Assembly: GCA_963823555.1 (NCBI GenBank)
Contig: CAWGMA010000001.1
Location: 1,664,001-1,728,000, forward strand
DNA: 64,000 nt
Reading direction: 5' to 3'
Origin: Candidatus Eiseniibacteriota bacterium
GTDB lineage: Bacteria; Eisenbacteria; RBG-16-71-46; CAVPCR01
In this document: positions 60,206 through 64,000 of the stretch, in pieces
Layout: every line of letters begins with the position of its first letter
Numbering within the stretch: position 1 is the stretch's first letter
Position numbers and translations under genes: made by a program
The notes under the pieces: generated by a model
Told to the model about the DNA's origin: nothing
What the model saw: only the letters and a program-made list of their open reading frames with translations
The model's database searches: none

Positions 60206-61761
60206 CCCGCGGCGTTCGCTGGCGACAGGGATCCCTTGGGCTCACCGTCTTTGCGGGCCGCCTCGCGCGGCGGCCGCGACACCTCATCGGGTGCCCGACG
60301 CCGTCCCGATTTGTTGCCACCGTTCCGGATCCGCTCACCCTCGATCTCCGCGAGCATCTCCGGCGTGACATCGCCGGTCGGATAGTTTCCGCTGAAACAT
60401 GCCGAGCAAGCGGTCGTGATCCCCTGGCTCCCGGCCAGCACCGACTCCTCGAGCGCACCGAGCTCCTGGTAGATCACCTTGTCGGCGCCCAGGAGTGTTG
60501 CCACTTCCTCGGGCGTCCGGTCGCGGGCGATGAACTCGGTCCGGGTCTGCATATCGATGCCGTAGACGCAGGGGTAGCGGATCGGGGGCGCCGTCGAGGC
60601 CAGGTAGACCTTCTCCGCCCCGTTCCTTCGCACCATGTCGACGATCGAGCGCGAGGTGTGTCCGCGCACGATCGAGTCATCGACGATGAGCACTCGCTTC
60701 CCCTCGAACACGGGTCGGATCGTGTTGAGCTTGTGCCGCACCGAGCGCCGGCGGGCGTCGTCATCGGCCATGATGAAGGTGCGCCCGATGTAGCGGTTCT
60801 TGACCAGCCCTTCGCGGAAGGGCAGCCCGAGCTCGGTGGCGATCGCCTGCGCCGCCGTGCGCGCCGAATCGGGCACCGGCACCACCACATCGATCTCCAG
60901 GCCCAGCTCGCGGATCTTCTGCGCGAGCCGCTCCCCCATCCGGATCCGCGTGTGATAGACGGAGATCGAGTCGATCACGGAATCCGGCCGCGCGAAGTAC
61001 ACGAACTCGAAGAGGCACGGGTGCGGCCGTGCCGGCACGACCTGCCGCGAATGCACCTGCCCCATCATGTCGACGAAGATCGCCTCCCCGGGCGCGGGGG
61101 TGCGGATCTCATCGAACCCGAGGAGGTCGAGGACGACCGACTCCGACGCCACGGCGTAGGACGGCTGGCCGTGCAAGGTCCGGTGACCGAAGGCGATCGG
61201 CTTGATGCCGTAGGGATCGCGGAAGGCGAAGAGCCCCTGCCCCGCGATCATGCCGACCACCGAGTACGAGCCGTGCACGCGCCGGAAGACCTCAGCCACC
61301 GCCTGGTAGTACGAATCCAGGTCGAAGCCGTCTCGGGCCTTGCGCTCGAGCTCCGAGGCGAACACGTTCTGCAGCACCTCGACATCGCAACCGGAGTCGA
61401 TGTGCCGGGACTCCCGTACCTCGAGCTCGCGCTTCAGCTCGTGGTAGTTGGAGACGTTGCCGTTGTGCGCCATCACGATGCCATAGGGGTAGTTGAGCAC
61501 GAACGGCTGCGCGTCCTCGCCGCCGCCCGACCCCATGGTCGGATAGCGCACATGGCCGATCCCGATCCCGCCCTTCAGCCGCTCGATGTTGTCGGCGAAG
61601 AAGATGTCCCGGACGAGTCCCTCCCCCTTCTTGACGTGGAAGCGCCCGTCATAGGTCACGATCCCCGCCGCATCCTGGCCGCGGTGCTGCACCGCGACCA
61701 GGCCGTCATAGATCTCACGGACCGCCGATTCGGAATGGAAAAGTCCCAGGAACCCGCACAT
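60202..61761 (-). CDS. purF: Amidophosphoribosyltransferase
   Basis: MCG N-terminus, QHRGQDAAG, GHVRYPT, CLFEFVYFARPDS and VDDSIVRG. Confidence 0.97.
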   Translation of the reverse strand: MCGFLGLFHSESAVREIYDGLVAVQHRGQDAAGIVTYDGRFHVKKGEGLVRDIFFADNIERLKGGIGIGHVRYPTMGSGGGEDAQPFVLNYPYGIVMAHNGNVSNYHELKRELEVRESRHIDSGCDVEVLQNVFASELERKARDGFDLDSYYQAVAEVFRRVHGSYSVVGMIAGQGLFAFRDPYGIKPIAFGHRTLHGQPSYAVASESVVLDLLGFDEIRTPAPGEAIFVDMMGQVHSRQVVPARPHPCLFEFVYFARPDSVIDSISVYHTRIRMGERLAQKIRELGLEIDVVVPVPDSARTAAQAIATELGLPFREGLVKNRYIGRTFIMADDDARRRSVRHKLNTIRPVFEGKRVLIVDDSIVRGHTSRSIVDMVRRNGAEKVYLASTAPPIRYPCVYGIDMQTRTEFIARDRTPEEVATLLGADKVIYQELGALEESVLAGSQGITTACSACFSGNYPTGDVTPEMLAEIEGERIRNGGNKSGRRRAPDEVSRPPREAARKDGEPKGSLSPANAAG

Positions 61762-61814
61762 GAGCTTTGTTCACCTCGAAGACGCCTCTGCCGAGCGGAC
61801 GTGGAGCTACAACC

Positions 61815-63078
61815 CTAGCTGGCCGTACCAGCCTCCACCAGATCCTCCATCTTGACCCCGCGCTGGGTCTCGGCGGGAATGTAGGACTCGAGGTGGGTGA
61901 GCTGACCGGCCTCCTTGATCAGGTTGCGGGCGATCGACCATGCGCTGGACCTGGTTGGTGCCCTCGTAGATCTGGGTGATCTTGGCGTCGCGCATGTACT
62001 TCTCGATCGGGTAGTCCCGCATGAAGCCGTAGCCGCCGAAGATCTGCACGGCGTCGGTGGTGACCTCCATGGCGACGTCGGTGGCGAAGCACTTGGCCAT
62101 GGCGGCCAGCTTGGTGACGTCGCGGGTCGCCGGTCTCCAGCGGCGCCGCGGCGGCGGCGTAGACCAGCTGGCGCGCGGCCTCGATCTTCATCGCCATGTC
62201 GGCCAGCATCTGCTGGATCATCTGGAAGGACGAGATCGGCTGCGCCGAACTGCTGGCGCCGGTTGGCGTAGACCAGGGCGAGGTCGAGCGCGCCCTGGGC
62301 CGCAGGCCCACGCGCCTGCGCGGCGACGCCGGGCCGGGCGCGGTCGAGGGTCATCATGGCGTGCTTGAAGCCGCAGCCCGGGCTTGCCGCCGAGCAGGTT
62401 GCTCCGGCCGGCACGCGGCACGTTCTCGAAGTGCGGTCTCGACCACCGGCACGCAGCGGATGCCCATCTTGTCCTCGACCTTGCCGATCGAGAAGCCGGG
62501 CGTGCCCTTCTCGACGATGAAGGCCGAGATGCGCCGCGACTTGACGCTCGGGATCGGTGACCGCGAAGACGGTGTAGAGGTCGGCGACGCCGCCGTTGGT
62601 GGTCCACTTCTTCTCGCCGTCAGAGGACGTAGTCGTCGCCGTCCTCGCTCGCCCCGGCACGCGCAGGCCGCCGGCGTCGGAGCCGGCGTACTTCTCGGAG
62701 AGGCAGAAGGCGATCAGCTTCTCGCCGCGCGGCGATCTGCGGCAGGTACTTCTGCTTCTGCTCCTCGGTCCCGCCGACGCAGGATGGGGAACGAGCCCAG
62801 GGCGTTGACCGCGAAGAGCACGCCGACGCCACCGCAGGCGCGCGACAGCTCCTCCACGACGAGGCAGAGGTCGAGGACGTCGTGCCGCCCGGCCGCCGCC
62901 GTACTGCCTTCGGGATCCACACCCCGAAGAGCCCGGCCTCGGCCAGCGCTTCCTTGATCTCCCAGGGGTACTCCTGGAGCTCGTCGTACTTCGCGGCCAG
63001 CGGGCGGACGACCTTCTCGGCCACCTCGCGCGCGCGCTCCTGCCACTGGCGAGTTTCGTTGGTCATAAACGCCGACAT
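61815..63078 (-). CDS. Acyl-CoA dehydrogenase (multiple frameshifts as sequenced)
   Basis: Fragments across frames: [53 protein letters not shown] and [34 protein letters not shown]. Confidence 0.9.
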
Positions 63079-63242
63079 GGTTGCCTCTTCTTCCCGCGCC
63101 CTTCCGGCGCCGGCATTTTGAGTTGTCGTCCGAGGGCCGCACGAAATGGGGAAGCTCGCAGTCTAGCACACGACCCGGCAGCTTGGACGGGGCGCGCTCC
63201 CAAGCGTAAGAGGGGATCACGCCACCAGGGCAGGCGTCCTGG

Positions 63243-64000
63243 TCAGTCGCCCAGCCGCTCTTCGGTGGCCGCGTCGAAGAGATGGAGCCGATCGAGCTCG
63301 AGATCGAGCGCCAGTGTGGACCCCACGGCAGGCGCCCGGTGGGGGTCCACCTTGGCCACGAGCAGGGCCTTCCCAAGCCGTCCGTGCACGATCACCTCGT
63401 GGCCCAGAGGCTCCACGAGCTCGACCTGGACCTGGAGCGTCTGGGTCGGGCCCCGAGCACCGGCCTCCGCGTCACGCAAGTGCTCGGGTCGGATCCCCAC
63501 CGCGACCTTGAGCCCGCCCCGGCCGGCGGTGAGGGCACAGAGCGACTCCGGCACGGGCAGCGTCACAGCCTCTGCCACCAGGGCCTGGCCGCCGGCCTCC
63601 ACGATCGCCGGGACGACATTCATCGGCGGCGTGCCGATGAAATGGGCCACGAAGAGATTCGCCGGGCGCTCGTAGACCTCGAGCGCCGTCCCCACCTGCT
63701 GCAGCTTGCCGTCCCGCATGACGGCGATGCGATGGCCCATGGTCATCGCCTCCACCTGATCGTGGGTGACGTAGATGCAGGTGGTCTGGAGCCGCTGCTG
63801 GAGGCGGGTGAGCTCTCCCCGCATCTGCACCCGGAGCTTGGCGTCCAGGTTGGACAGCGGCTCGTCGAAGAGGAAGACCGACGGCTTCCTCACGATCGCC
63901 CTCCCCAGAGCGACCCGCTGGCGCTGGCCACCCGAGAGCTGCTTCGGCTTCCGATCGAGAAGATGCGCGATGTCAAGAACTTGGGCTGCCTCGCGAACCC
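63243..64000 (-). CDS. Sugar ABC transporter ATP-binding protein (MalK/UgpC family), 5' partial
   Basis: [39 protein letters not shown] and C-terminal TOBE domain. Confidence 0.93.
   Translation of the reverse strand, partial: VREAAQVLDIAHLLDRKPKQLSGGQRQRVALGRAIVRKPSVFLFDEPLSNLDAKLRVQMRGELTRLQQRLQTTCIYVTHDQVEAMTMGHRIAVMRDGKLQQVGTALEVYERPANLFVAHFIGTPPMNVVPAIVEAGGQALVAEAVTLPVPESLCALTAGRGGLKVAVGIRPEHLRDAEAGARGPTQTLQVQVELVEPLGHEVIVHGRLGKALLVAKVDPHRAPAVGSTLALDLELDRLHLFDAATEERLGD

Overview
A GC-rich bacterial chromosomal window. Secreted proteins with FlgD-Ig/T9SS-like C-termini and the def-fmt-rsmB-PASTA-rpe gene order suggest an FCB-related candidate phylum such as Ca. Eisenbacteria; this is inference only. 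The core is a long minus-strand housekeeping run: trpS, ruvB, DUF2905, queA, tgt, yajC, def, fmt, rsmB, PASTA protein, rpe, ffh, rpsP, KH protein, rimM, trmD, rplS, rnhB, a membrane protein and yraN. Around it lie an arsR-arsM pair with a palindromic operator and divergent MFS, two secreted proteins with FlgD-Ig tails, ABC and MacAB-type exporters, a GT-C/TPR glycosyltransferase, a PlsA/PlsR(Ger)-like ether-lipid reductase pair, HU, two tandem TolB-like lipoproteins, divergent icmF and nrdJ with tandem NrdR boxes, a 5'-3' exonuclease, an LMW phosphatase, purF, an acyl-CoA dehydrogenase and a MalK-type ATPase. The best candidate for a novel system is a low-GC two-gene unit at 55568-58446. It encodes a 100-aa secreted propeptide translationally coupled to a TPR-sensor sigma54 enhancer-binding protein, resembling an RRNPP-like peptide/receptor pair wired to sigma54. 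Four genes carry frameshifts that look like sequencing or assembly indels. No rRNA, tRNA, CRISPR array or transposase was seen.
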